NCBI GenBank assembly: GCA_964243985.1
Contig: CAXTHJ010000004.1
Coordinates: forward strand, 26,066 to 90,065
From: an uncultured Caulobacteraceae bacterium
GTDB taxonomy: Bacteria; Pseudomonadota; Alphaproteobacteria; Caulobacterales; Caulobacteraceae
Length of the DNA: 64,000 nt
Reading direction: 5' to 3'
In this document: positions 1 to 9,639 of the stretch, piece after piece
Position numbering within the stretch: position 1 is the first letter of the stretch
Layout: each line of letters begins with the position of its first letter
The notes under the pieces: model-generated
Databases searched by the model: none
Seen by the model: the letters and a program-made list of their open reading frames with translations, nothing else
What the model was told of the DNA's origin: nothing
Program-made: the position numbers and the translations under genes

Positions 1-1025
1 ATCAGGTCGCGCAGATCGCCGTGCATGTTGCGGTCGCCGAACCCCTGCTCCGCCAGCCAGTGGTCGTTGAACATCTTGGAGAGGTACTTTGCGCCCGTGT
101 CGCAGACAAAGGTGACCACCCGTTTCGGTTCGGTCTGCTCACGGCAATAGCGCAGGGCGGCGGCCAGAAGCGTACCCGAGGATGAGCCGCCGAGCACGCC
201 CGCCCTGGCAAGAAGGGCGCGAGCGGTGTCGATGCTCTCGCGATCGGAGATCGAATAGGCCTTGGTCACCAGATCAAGGTCGCAGATTGAGGGCACAAAA
301 TCCTCGCCGATCCCTTCGATCACCCAGGAGCCGGGCGTAATCATCACCCCGTCATTGACCAGCGGCGCGATGATGGAGCCCACCGGATCGGCCACGACCA
401 TCTGCGTTTTCGGCGAGACCTTTTTGAAAAAGCGGCCAAGCCCGGTCAGCGTTCCGCCAGAGCCGACGCCCACGATCACCGCGTCGAGATCATGCTCCAT
501 CTGCGCCCAGATTTCCGGGCCGGTGGAGGTTTCATGCGCCTGTGGATTGGCGGGATTGGCGAACTGATTGATGAAGAAAGCGCCGGGGATGTCCTTGGCG
601 AGGCGCTCGGCGATGTCTTGATAGTAGTCCGGATGGCCTTTACCGACGTCCGAGCGGGTGATGCGGACATCGACGCCGAGGCCGCGCAGATGCTGGATCT
701 TCTCTCGCGCCATCTTGTCCGGCACCACGAGGACAAGGCGGTAGCCTTTCAGGATGCCCACTTGGGCGAGGCCAAGACCGGTGTTGCCGGCGGTGGCCTC
801 CACGATCGTCCCGCCGGGCTTCAGGCGACCGTCGCTCTCCGCCGCCTCGATCATGGTGAGGGCGATACGGTCCTTGATCGAGCCGCCGGGGTTGGTGTTC
901 TCCAGCTTCACGAACAGGCGACAAAGCCCGATGTCGAAGTCGGTCAACTCCAGCATGGGCGTGCGGCCGATCAGGCTGAGCGCAGAGCGGACGGGCGGGG
1001 GCAGGGCTTCGGCGGAAAGCGCCAT
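1..1025 (-). CDS. Cysteine synthase / cystathionine beta-synthase family PLP-dependent enzyme (3' end runs off the left edge)
   Basis: Absent from the supplied ORF track because no stop lies inside the window. Manual minus-strand translation from ATG at 1025-1023 gives MALSAEALPPPVRSALSLIGRTPMLEL..FVKLENTNPGGSIKDRIAL..EATAGNTGLGLA..VIVGVGSGGTLTG..VLGGSSSGT. The PLP-lysine motif (GGSIKDR) and glycine loop (GSGGT) fit the CysK/CysM/CBS fold. Confidence 0.85.
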   Translation of the reverse strand, partial: MALSAEALPPPVRSALSLIGRTPMLELTDFDIGLCRLFVKLENTNPGGSIKDRIALTMIEAAESDGRLKPGGTIVEATAGNTGLGLAQVGILKGYRLVLVVPDKMAREKIQHLRGLGVDVRITRSDVGKGHPDYYQDIAERLAKDIPGAFFINQFANPANPQAHETSTGPEIWAQMEHDLDAVIVGVGSGGTLTGLGRFFKKVSPKTQMVVADPVGSIIAPLVNDGVMITPGSWVIEGIGEDFVPSICDLDLVTKAYSISDRESIDTARALLARAGVLGGSSSGTLLAAALRYCREQTEPKRVVTFVCDTGAKYLSKMFNDHWLAEQGFGDRNMHGDLRDL

Positions 1026-1154
1026 GAGACTCAAATCCAGTCTGACGTGATAGGCGATTTCAGCCGGATGCCCCTGAATGTCCACCCACAATGGGCGAGC
1101 GCGCAGCACGCCACCGCGGTGAACTTCAAATCTGTGGGATAACTAGCCCGTTAG

Positions 1155-2924
1155 TCAGGCGGATAGAGCGAATTCGACTTCGGTTTCAGCGGGCGACAGC
1201 ACCCGATCGATCGCGGCGAAGAGTTCGGCGCCTTCCACGGGTTTGGTGACGAAGGCGTCCATGCCTGCGTCCATACAGGCGGCTATGTCCTCAGCGCCGC
1301 CCGCAGCGGTGAGGGCGATCACAGGAACCTTGGTGTTCGGGCCAGTTGAGGCACGAAGGTTTCGCACCACCTCCAACCCGCCCATGCGCGGCATGTTCAC
1401 ATCCATCAAAACCACGTCGAAAGCGATGGAGGCTAGGGCGTTCAGCGCTTTCAGGCCGTCTTCCACCGCCGTGATCTCCGCAGAAGCCGCCTCCAGCATG
1501 AGGGTGAAGGCGCGGCGGTTGAACTCGTGATCGTCGGCAATCAGCACCCGCAACGGCCGTTCCATGTCCAAGGGCGCTGGCGCAGCCTGGACGTTGGGCG
1601 TTGAGGCCTCGGTAAGAGACAGGGGTAGGGTGAGGATGAACGTGGCGCCATCACCTTCGACGCTTGACGCCGTCAGGTCACCGCCCATGAGTCGCGCCAA
1701 ATCCCGACTGATCGCAAGGCCAAGGCCCGTGCCGCCGTGGGTCCGCGCCGTTGATTCGCCCAACTGCTCGAACGCTATGAAAAGCCGGCCGAGTTGGGTC
1801 TCGCTCATGCCGGGCCCGGTGTCGATCACCTTAAAGGTGGCTTCAAATCCGCCGTCGATCGTGGGCACAGCCGAAAGATCCAGGGTGATGGAACCCTGAT
1901 TGGTGAACTTGATGGCGTTAGAAAAGAGGTTGTTCAAAATCTGGCGCAGGCGTGTCGGATCGCCTTTCACCCACTGGGGTAAGCTCGTCGCGCCCTGCAA
2001 GCGCACCTTCAAGCCGTTTTTGCGGGTTTCTTTCGACCAGAAGCGAATGGTGTCTAGGACGAGGCTGCGAGCGTCATAGGGGATAAGCTCTACGCCCATG
2101 GCGCCGGCTTCGATCTTGGAGAGATCCAGGAGATCGTTCAGCAGGGTGCGCATCATGCGCGCCGAATCCGCGATCAAAAGGCCGTTGGAGCGAAGCCCCG
2201 GCTCCGCGGCCGTCTTCTCTATTTCTGCTGCGCCGGCCAGGATGGCGCTGATCGGCGTCCGCAGTTCGTGGCTCACCATGGCGACAAACGCGGACTTCGC
2301 AGCCGTCGCCGCTTCGGCCTCGGCCTTCTTGCGCTCAAGCTCGTGCTGAGCCAGCAGTTCGGCTTCGTAGAGTTTCTGCGAGGAGCCCCAGACGGTGATG
2401 CCGACCATCAGGTTCAAGCCGCCGGCCATGATCACCGCGCCGGCGTCGATCCAGGGGGCGCCGTCGGCGAGGGTGAAGATGGGCGCCGTCAAATAGAAGA
2501 GCGCCAGCGGCGCTGTCTGGTAGACGAAAGCACTCCTAGAGCCGTTGCTGACCACGACCCCGTTCATAATCGCGCCGGCCCAGAGCATGCAGGCGCAGAC
2601 CACGCCCCACGTGCCGCCGCTCATAGCCTCCCAGAAGCCGAACGCGCCGAAGAGAAGATTGTTGAATGCCAGAAGGTAGAGCGCGCCGAGACGTCGGGCG
2701 GGCGTCGAAACGCTCCCGACGCCCGGCGCTTCGTAGACCTTTAACTCGAAAAGTTGCAGCGCAAGATAAGCGACAAACCATGCGGTGGCGAAAATCCAGC
2801 CTGTGAAGCCGAAAAATAAACCGGCAATCACCGCCGCCACGACAACGCGCATCGCGAACTGGCGGCGGCGCACGTCCATCACGCGGGCGAGGCGCTCCAC
2901 ACCCGAACTGTTTTTGACTGACAT
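1155..2924 (-). CDS. Hybrid sensor histidine kinase / response regulator
   Basis: Track ORF is 1155..3005 with a TTG start; the first in-frame ATG is at 2924. Membrane-spanning N-terminus, H-box SHELRTPISAI, ATPase G-boxes (IDTGPGM, GGTGLGLAISR) and a C-terminal receiver domain (VLIADDHEFNR .. DVVLMDVNMPRMGG). Confidence 0.85.
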   Translation of the reverse strand: MSVKNSSGVERLARVMDVRRRQFAMRVVVAAVIAGLFFGFTGWIFATAWFVAYLALQLFELKVYEAPGVGSVSTPARRLGALYLLAFNNLLFGAFGFWEAMSGGTWGVVCACMLWAGAIMNGVVVSNGSRSAFVYQTAPLALFYLTAPIFTLADGAPWIDAGAVIMAGGLNLMVGITVWGSSQKLYEAELLAQHELERKKAEAEAATAAKSAFVAMVSHELRTPISAILAGAAEIEKTAAEPGLRSNGLLIADSARMMRTLLNDLLDLSKIEAGAMGVELIPYDARSLVLDTIRFWSKETRKNGLKVRLQGATSLPQWVKGDPTRLRQILNNLFSNAIKFTNQGSITLDLSAVPTIDGGFEATFKVIDTGPGMSETQLGRLFIAFEQLGESTARTHGGTGLGLAISRDLARLMGGDLTASSVEGDGATFILTLPLSLTEASTPNVQAAPAPLDMERPLRVLIADDHEFNRRAFTLMLEAASAEITAVEDGLKALNALASIAFDVVLMDVNMPRMGGLEVVRNLRASTGPNTKVPVIALTAAGGAEDIAACMDAGMDAFVTKPVEGAELFAAIDRVLSPAETEVEFALSA

Positions 2925-3093
2925 CAACGCCAGGCTCCGCGATTTCGAGGATCGTAGCGACGTAGCCCTAACAACGGGTAAAAGGTGCCTCCGCCGCCGC
3001 CCCAAAATCGTTGCCCTGTAACCGAATGACGGCGTCTCGGGTGGTCGGGAATCCTCCCGCCCGCCAGGGTTTAGGCAGGCGCGTGTTCCGCTA

Positions 3094-3492
3094 TCAAGCC
3101 GCCTTCTTGGCGGACGGCTTACCTTCCGAGGCCAGCACCTTCACCAGCGTCACCACCGCCCGGCGCGCATCCGGATCGGGCATACGCACGAACGCTTCCA
3201 AAAGCTCCAGCGCCCCGGGTGAAGCTAGTTTTTGATAGACCTCATGGGAATGTCGATCCGTATCATTTTCTCCCACAAGCGCGCCAACCGTCGTCTCAAG
3301 CTTGACGGCGATCTTCACAAGCATGGAGGCCGACACGCGATTGGCGCCCCGCTCATACTTCTGAACCTGTTGAAAGGTCAGCCCCAACGCTTCCGCTAAG
3401 GCTGATTGGCTCAGCGATAGGAATTTGCGCCGCACGCGAATGCGCGCGCCCACCTCGATGTCTATCGGGTCGGGAGAGTCGTTGACGGCCAT
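3094..3492 (-). CDS. XRE-family helix-turn-helix transcriptional regulator
   Basis: HTH_3-type segment [34 protein letters not shown] in a 132 aa ORF. Confidence 0.8.
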   Translation of the reverse strand: MAVNDSPDPIDIEVGARIRVRRKFLSLSQSALAEALGLTFQQVQKYERGANRVSASMLVKIAVKLETTVGALVGENDTDRHSHEVYQKLASPGALELLEAFVRMPDPDARRAVVTLVKVLASEGKPSAKKAA

Positions 3493-3647
3493 AGCGAGTC
3501 CAAATTATCCAATGTTAACGACTCTAATACATCTCAAAGTTTGCCTTTGACAAGCGGTCGCACGCTACAGATGAATGTCTTAGGCGCGGAGCCGTTCCCG
3601 GTTTCGCTCCGGGCGATCGTGTTGACGTCAGATCAACGCAAGCGCCG

Positions 3648-4937
3648 TCAGATCATCGCCGCTACAAGCGCATCCACATCAACTGTGGCGAAGGCTGCAA
3701 AATTGTCCGCCTCGCCAAAAGGCAGCAGCAAAGTCCGATCCCGCAAAATGGCGCCGCAGCTATAGACCACATTGGGCACGTATCCGTCCCGCCATTCTCC
3801 GGCAGGCTCTAATAGCGGTTTTTCCAGCCGCTTCAGAAGCTTAGAAGGATCAGCTTTGTCCAACAGGCACGCACCGACGCAGTAGTTGCGCACCACGCCG
3901 ACGCCGTGGGTCAGGACCAACCATCCTTCGTCCAGTTCGATGGGCGAGCCGCAGTTGCCGATCTGGATGAACTCCCACGGCCACCGTGGCGTAATGATCT
4001 TCTCCCCGCCATTCCAGGTGTAAAGATCATCCGACGACATCAGCCAGATGTTCTCGTTATCCTGACGTCCCAACATCATGTAATGGCCACCGATTTTGCG
4101 CGGAAACAGCGCCATGCCCTTTCCGGTGTAGAGGGAGCCTTGGACACCCCTGAGTTCAAAGGATTTGAAATCGCTGGTGTTCAAAAGGCCCTGGCGGACG
4201 TCGGAGCCGTTAAACGCGGTAAAGGTGGCGCGATAGCTCACCGCGCCGTCATCTTCGGTAAATTCCACCAGGCGGACATCTTCGATGCCGCGCCCTTGGC
4301 TGGGCATGAAGGGATAGATCACCGATTCGGAAATATCGCTCTGGTCGTCGTAATGGAGTTGAACAATAAGCTCCTTGTTCGCGGTTTCGGACCGTTCGAT
4401 ACGCGGCCCCATAGCGCGAGCGCTTGGCTTATCCACCGTGACTTCACCGTCCGCTGTCCAGATTCCGGTCCGGAAGGTGAGGGAGGAGATGTGGCCTTCT
4501 CCGATCCCACGAAGGGACAAAATAAAGCGCGTTTCGCCGTCGGCCGCGCCGGTCTGGTCGGGGTGGCGGACGATGCTCGGATTGAACAAGGCCGCCGACT
4601 CGAACGAAAATTCCTCGCTGAAATACGCGCCGATCAACAGTGATTGATCGCGACTGATGCCTGCGCGATCCATCGTCAGGCCATCGAGGCTGTCGTAACG
4701 GTTGATAAGCTCTTTGAGCGGATCGCGGTGGCGATCATCCAGGGCCTGCATGACGACCTCGAGCGCCGCCTTGATGCCGGCCTCGTCCAGACTCATCACC
4801 CGGTCGACGATCCTTTGCGTACGAGAACGATTCTTGTCGGCGAAAGCTTCCGGATCTTCCAACACGAAAGGCCTGATCACGGTGCGGGTCGAGTCAGGTC
4901 TAAGGACCGTCTGCAGGGTCTTCACGAGATCGGTCAT
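3648..4937 (-). CDS. Glycoside hydrolase family 130-like protein (beta-mannoside phosphorylase/glycosidase fold) with about 110 aa N-terminal extension
   Basis: The C-terminal two thirds follow the GH130 pattern as I recall it: GIEDVRLV.., ALFPRKIGGHY, GWLVLTHGVG..Y.VGACLLDKADPSK, GYVPNVVYSCG, LPFGEADN. Confidence 0.7.
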   Translation of the reverse strand: MTDLVKTLQTVLRPDSTRTVIRPFVLEDPEAFADKNRSRTQRIVDRVMSLDEAGIKAALEVVMQALDDRHRDPLKELINRYDSLDGLTMDRAGISRDQSLLIGAYFSEEFSFESAALFNPSIVRHPDQTGAADGETRFILSLRGIGEGHISSLTFRTGIWTADGEVTVDKPSARAMGPRIERSETANKELIVQLHYDDQSDISESVIYPFMPSQGRGIEDVRLVEFTEDDGAVSYRATFTAFNGSDVRQGLLNTSDFKSFELRGVQGSLYTGKGMALFPRKIGGHYMMLGRQDNENIWLMSSDDLYTWNGGEKIITPRWPWEFIQIGNCGSPIELDEGWLVLTHGVGVVRNYCVGACLLDKADPSKLLKRLEKPLLEPAGEWRDGYVPNVVYSCGAILRDRTLLLPFGEADNFAAFATVDVDALVAAMI

Positions 4938-5059
4938 AGGGCGCAGAACTTCAAGAGCGCGTCAGTGCGACAGGGGGGCATTAGGGTCCAATCCAGAGGC
5001 TTTCGAACAAGCATAATCGCCTAGAGGCGACATTTGTTCAGGCGCTTAGATTGGGTATG

Positions 5060-5092
5060 AAAAAGGGCCGCAACAGGGGTCGCGGCCCTTGA
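5060..5092 (-). terminator. Rho-independent terminator downstream of the porin gene
   Basis: Minus strand reads GGGCCGC-GACCCCTGTT-GCGGCCC followed by TTTTT, starting about 10 nt after the stop codon at 5100-5102. Confidence 0.65.
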
Positions 5093-5099
5093 TGTGGTT

Positions 5100-6575
5100 T
5101 TAGTACTTCACCTGAGCGTAGACGCCTACTTCGTCATAGGTCCCGTCGTTCGCCTTGCCGGCGACGGTCGTGGTGTTGCCGATCACGCCGTTTGAGGTCG
5201 TGAAGACGCCATGATCCACTTCATCGCGCTTATAGACGAGGGAGAGGTCGACGCCCTTCACCGGCGTGTAGCCAAGACCGACATTGTAGTAATCGAACTC
5301 CTTGGTCGAAGCGGTGAGCTTATTGGGCTTCACATCATCGTAGCGGCCGAACACCGCCCACTGGGGCAGGAACTGATAGGAGCCGAAGATCGAGTAACCA
5401 TCCGCCTTGTCCGGCGCTATGGAGGTTACGGCGGTCCAGTCGTCGGCGCTGAAGTATTCCACACCCGCGCGGAAGGGACCGCCCGTGTAGGCCAGGATCG
5501 CGTCGAAGCGGCTGGCCGTGTGATGGGTGATCGGGATCGGCGAAGTCAGCGAGTTGAACCCGGTGCTAGTGGAGTAGCTGGTGGCCGTGGTGGCGGTGGT
5601 GATCGCGCTGGCGTCCTTGCCGAGCTTGCCGGTGTAGCCGCCCACACCCGCCGTGAAGTCCAGCCACTTGACGCTCAAGCGGCCTTCCACATCCAGCGTA
5701 TCCGTGCGCGGGGCGCTGCCCGTGCCCGGGGGCGCCTTATAACCTGTGCCGTCGATGGCCGACACTTGGTAGCTGACCACCGGACCGGTGGGGCTGCCGA
5801 GCGGATCGGAGCTGCCTAGAACGTGAATGCCCCAATCCGTCGTGGTGCCGAAGCTAGTTTCGTCGATCAGGACTTTCTCAACGTAGCGATAGCCATAAAG
5901 GCTCTCGACGAACGGCGCCCAAGGCAGTTCCGCCGCGCCCGCGCGGATCGTCAGCCAGTTAAAATACTTGGCTTGCAGGTATGCCTTCTTGACGAAGAGC
6001 TCAGTCGAGTTGAGGCCGCCCGCCGTCGTGTATTGAAAGTCGGTGGTCAGGTTGGCGGAGTAAATGTCATTGAACTGGTGATCGACCACGAGATAGGCGC
6101 GCTTCAGATCAAAGGCTGTGCCACTCGGGGCGACCGGAGCACCATTGTTTTTCTGGTCGATGTTGGAGAAGTCGGCGAAAATAATACTGCCCACCTGGGT
6201 CTTGTCAGCCCAGCTCGGCTTCGGCTTCGGCAGTTGACCGATGGCCACATTGACCTGCTCGGGGATCGTTTCGATCTTGGCCTGAGCGGATTCTGTGCTG
6301 GCGGCGACTTCCTGCACCTGCGTCTGGGTTTGCGCCACTTGCGCGGCGGTCGCTTGCTGTTGCTGACCTTGGGAGTCGAGCCGTGCCTTCAGTTCATCCA
6401 CTTCGGCTTTCAGGACGCGAATTTCTTCGCTCTCTCCGCTGCCGGTGTGAACGACCGTGACCCCATGGTGCTTGCGGTGTTTCACAACGGTTTCGGCGTG
6501 AGCGGTCATGCCGGCGGCCAGCGCCACAAATGCGCCAAGCGCGGCTCCCCGCAGGAGCGCGGTTTTGATAGTCAT
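5100..6575 (-). CDS. Outer-membrane beta-barrel porin with N-terminal coiled-coil segment (possibly OprO/OprP-like)
   Basis: Signal peptide ending AAGMTAHAE and a Gln/Ala-rich heptad segment (LKAEVDELKARLDSQGQQQQ..). A long alternating-hydrophobic region follows and ends in an aromatic C-terminus (GVYAQVKY). Confidence 0.7.
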   Translation of the reverse strand: MTIKTALLRGAALGAFVALAAGMTAHAETVVKHRKHHGVTVVHTGSGESEEIRVLKAEVDELKARLDSQGQQQQATAAQVAQTQTQVQEVAASTESAQAKIETIPEQVNVAIGQLPKPKPSWADKTQVGSIIFADFSNIDQKNNGAPVAPSGTAFDLKRAYLVVDHQFNDIYSANLTTDFQYTTAGGLNSTELFVKKAYLQAKYFNWLTIRAGAAELPWAPFVESLYGYRYVEKVLIDETSFGTTTDWGIHVLGSSDPLGSPTGPVVSYQVSAIDGTGYKAPPGTGSAPRTDTLDVEGRLSVKWLDFTAGVGGYTGKLGKDASAITTATTATSYSTSTGFNSLTSPIPITHHTASRFDAILAYTGGPFRAGVEYFSADDWTAVTSIAPDKADGYSIFGSYQFLPQWAVFGRYDDVKPNKLTASTKEFDYYNVGLGYTPVKGVDLSLVYKRDEVDHGVFTTSNGVIGNTTTVAGKANDGTYDEVGVYAQVKY

Positions 6576-6729
6576 TTGAATTCCCCTCCAATACCAAGCT
6601 GAGCTTATTAAGCGTTAGCAAAATCACCTTTAATCGTTCGTGCGAGTTTCGCGCCGCCAAGTTCACAGTTAAGCGATCAGGCGACGATTTGTGACAGTCG
6701 CCAGCGAGGGCGCGGCAAGACGCGTGGTT

Positions 6730-6799
6730 TTTCGATACACAGCTAGCCCCCGAGCTTCGCTCACTGAGTTCCACTAGCGAAATTGGTCGTGTATCGAAA
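6730..6799. repeat. Nested inverted repeat (11-bp perfect outer arms, 6-bp inner arms) between uvrD and the porin gene
   Basis: TTTCGATACAC at 6730-6740 and GTGTATCGAAA at 6789-6799 are exact reverse complements. Inside them, TTCGCT (6756-6761) pairs with AGCGAA (6777-6782). Confidence 0.5.
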
Positions 6800-6893
6800 C
6801 GCAAAAGGACTGCCTGACCAATTAGAATTTCTAACGCGGGGCGGGATCCCATTCAGACGGGAGGGCGCTTCTCCTGACGATTATACGACTTAG

Positions 6894-9275
6894 TCAGCCT
6901 TTCTGAATAAAGCTGTCGATCACCCGCTTCTCGCCCGCCTTGTCAAAGGCCACGGTCAGCTTTGAGCCCTCCACCAATGTCACCGCCCCGTAGCCGAACT
7001 TCTGGTGGAACACGCGGTCGCCGCGGGCGTAGGCGCCGGTTCCCGCCTTGGGGTCTGAGGTGGCGATCAGGCGGCCGTCGCCTTCGATCACCGGCTGGCG
7101 GGTGAAGCCGCGCTTGACGCCGGCAGGGAGGGGGGTGGTCGTCTCCCGAGCCTGGGCTCGCTGCCAGCCGGGCGAGGTGTAGCCGGAGCCATAGACGGGG
7201 GCGGCCTCGTCCCAGCGGGACTTGGTGTTGTCCTGCATTCCCGGACCGCCGCCGTAGTAGCCGGTCTCCGACGCCGCCTCGACGTTTCGCAAGGGCAGTT
7301 CGTCCACGAAGCGGGAGGGAAGCTGGCTGGTCCAGCGGCCGTAGACCAGCCGGTTGGCGGCGAAGGAGATGCGCGCTTCTTCGCGGGCGCGGGTGATGCC
7401 GACGTAGGCGAGGCGGCGTTCCTCCTCGAGCCCCTTCTCCCCGGTCTCGTCCATAGACCGTTGCGAGGGAAAGACCCCTTCCTCCCACCCCGGCAGGAAC
7501 ACCAGCGGGAATTCCAGCCCCTTGGCCGAGTGCAGGGTCATGATCTGCACCGCGTCGTCACCGGACTCGCGGTCCAGGTCCATCACCAGGGAGACGTGCT
7601 CCAGATAGCTCTGCAGGGTGTCGAAGGCGCTCATCGACTGAACGACTTCCTTCAGGTTCTCCAGCCGTCCTTGCGATTGCGGGCCTTTGTCGAGGCGCAG
7701 GGCGTCGGTGTAGCCGCTCTCCTCCAGGATGGTTTCGGTCAGCTGGGCGTGGGGCAGGGTGGCCGCCATGGTGCGCCAGCGGTCCATGTCGCGGATGAAG
7801 GTCGAGAGCGCCGTTCGGGTGCGGGCGGGCAGCTCGTCGGTGTTGACGATCCCTCGCGCGGCCATGAAGGCGGAGACGCCGTTCTCGCGGGCCAGGGTGA
7901 TGAGTTTCGACACACTGGTGTCGCCGATGCCGCGCTTGGGCGTGTTGACGATGCGCTCGAAAGCCAGATCGTCGTCTTCCGACTGCACGAGGCGCAGGTA
8001 GGCGTGGACGTCGCGGATTTCGGCGCGCTCGAAGAAGCGCGGCCCGCCGATCACCTTGTAGGGGATCTGCAGCATCACGAACCGCTCTTCGAACGCCCGC
8101 ATCTGGAACGAGGCGCGGACCAGGATGGCGGCGTCCTTGAACTTGCGGGTGACTCTTTTAGAATTTGGGCCGGGGTTTTCGATCGGGCCCTTCTTCCAGC
8201 GCTCGATCTCGTCGGCCACAAGGCGGGCCTCGGCCTCGCCGTCCCAGACGCCGGAGACGCGCACCTTCTCGCCCCCCTGATCCTCGGTCCAGAGGGTCTT
8301 GCCGAGCCGCCCCTTGTTGGCGGCGATGAGCCCCGACGCGGCGGCAAGGATGTGAGAGGTGGAGCGGTAGTTGCGCTCCAGCCGGATCACCGTCGCGCCG
8401 GGGAAATCCCGTTCGAAGCGCAGGATGTTGTCCACCTCCGCCCCCCGCCAGCCGTAGATCGACTGATCGTCGTCGCCGACGCAGCAGACGTTCTTGTGGG
8501 CCTGGGCCAGCAGGCGCAGCCACAGGTACTGGGCCACGTTGGTGTCCTGGTATTCGTCCACCAGGATGTATTTGAAGCGGTTGTGGAAGTCGGCCAGCAC
8601 GTCGGCGTGTTGGGAGAAGATGGTGAGGTTGTGCAGCAGGAGATCGCCGAAGTCGCAGGCGTTCAACGTGCGCAGCCGCTCCTGATAAGCGCGGTAGAGA
8701 ATGATCCCCTTGCCGCCGCCGAAATCCACGCCTTCGCTCGGCGGCACCTTGTCCGGCGTCCAGCCGCGGTTCTTCCACTGGTCGATCAGGCCGGCGAGGG
8801 CGCGGGGCGTCCAGCGCTTGGGGTCGATGTTGGCGGCGTCGATCAGCTGCTTCAGCAGGTGTTCCTGATCGTCGGTGTCGAGGATGGTGAAGCTGGACTT
8901 CAGCCCCACCAGCTCGCAATGGCGGCGGAGGATCTGCGCCGCCACCGAGTGGAAGGTGCCGAGCCACCTCAGCCCTTCCGCCTCCGGCCCGATGATGGCG
9001 GTGATCCGCTCCCGCATCTCCCGCGCCGCCTTATTGGTGAAGGTGACCACGAGGAGTTCCCACGGCCGCGCCTTGCCGACAGCCAGAATGTGCGCGAGGC
9101 GGGTGGTCAGCACCCGCGTCTTGCCCGTGCCGGCGCCCGCGAGCACCAGCACAGGGCCGTCGGTGGCTTCCACTGCGCGTCGCTGCTCCGGATTCAGCCC
9201 GTCGAGATAGCCCGCTGGCCGCGGGTTGGCGCGGGCGAGGTCTGAGATGCGGGGGGCGGGCAGATCGTCAGGCAA
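6894..9275 (-). CDS. uvrD: ATP-dependent DNA helicase II (UvrD/PcrA family)
   Basis: 793 aa with SF1 helicase motifs: LAGAGTGKT (Walker A), VVTFTNKAAREM, ILVDEYQDTN, SIYGWRGA, MTLHSAKGLEF, YVGITRA. Confidence 0.92.
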   Translation of the reverse strand: MPDDLPAPRISDLARANPRPAGYLDGLNPEQRRAVEATDGPVLVLAGAGTGKTRVLTTRLAHILAVGKARPWELLVVTFTNKAAREMRERITAIIGPEAEGLRWLGTFHSVAAQILRRHCELVGLKSSFTILDTDDQEHLLKQLIDAANIDPKRWTPRALAGLIDQWKNRGWTPDKVPPSEGVDFGGGKGIILYRAYQERLRTLNACDFGDLLLHNLTIFSQHADVLADFHNRFKYILVDEYQDTNVAQYLWLRLLAQAHKNVCCVGDDDQSIYGWRGAEVDNILRFERDFPGATVIRLERNYRSTSHILAAASGLIAANKGRLGKTLWTEDQGGEKVRVSGVWDGEAEARLVADEIERWKKGPIENPGPNSKRVTRKFKDAAILVRASFQMRAFEERFVMLQIPYKVIGGPRFFERAEIRDVHAYLRLVQSEDDDLAFERIVNTPKRGIGDTSVSKLITLARENGVSAFMAARGIVNTDELPARTRTALSTFIRDMDRWRTMAATLPHAQLTETILEESGYTDALRLDKGPQSQGRLENLKEVVQSMSAFDTLQSYLEHVSLVMDLDRESGDDAVQIMTLHSAKGLEFPLVFLPGWEEGVFPSQRSMDETGEKGLEEERRLAYVGITRAREEARISFAANRLVYGRWTSQLPSRFVDELPLRNVEAASETGYYGGGPGMQDNTKSRWDEAAPVYGSGYTSPGWQRAQARETTTPLPAGVKRGFTRQPVIEGDGRLIATSDPKAGTGAYARGDRVFHQKFGYGAVTLVEGSKLTVAFDKAGEKRVIDSFIQKG

Positions 9276-9354
9276 AGCGTGGAACTCTGGAACGACTCGA
9301 ACATAGGGGAGAACGTATGTAGCACGCCTGCGCGGCGGATTAAGAGCGACCCCG

Positions 9355-9591
9355 CTAGTCTCTATCCTTCGAGGCCCAGGTTAAGGCTGCGACTCGACAG
9401 GCGGAGGCTAGAGGCCGCGCCCCCCGCTCTTCATCGATCCCCCTGATCATAGCCGAGAAGGTTCCGCCTGCCGCCATGGCGTCCAAAACAGTCCAGAACT
9501 CGGGCTCTAGGGCCAATGAGGTGGCGTGGCCGGACAGGTTGATCGACCGCTTTTTCAAAAAGCCGGACATAGATGGATGGAGCCCTTGCAA
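9355..9591 (-). CDS. Ribbon-helix-helix domain protein (RHH_4 / PF13467-like)
   Basis: KKRSINLSGHATSLALEPEFWTVLDAMA...LASACRVAAL matches the recalled RHH_4 pattern (r.Svtl.GH.TSv.LE..FW..L..iA). The true start may be the internal Met at 9570. Confidence 0.6.
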   Translation of the reverse strand: MQGLHPSMSGFLKKRSINLSGHATSLALEPEFWTVLDAMAAGGTFSAMIRGIDEERGARPLASACRVAALTWASKDRD

Positions 9592-9639
9592 AAAGGTGAC
9601 GTTGGCGTCATCTTTGTGGCGTCACCAAGGGTCTCTAGC

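Noticed and set aside
7461-9245. 594-aa plus-strand ORF antisense to uvrD, and similar long antisense ORFs: 18768..21005, 24335..25537, 62141..63007, 15348..15983, 28577..29359, 39927..40667, 37622..38422, 5823..6602, 492..1142
   Set aside because: Each lies opposite a gene with clear family motifs. Their products are Arg/Gly/Ala/His/Pro-rich with no motifs. This is the expected open-frame artefact of GC3-rich coding DNA.
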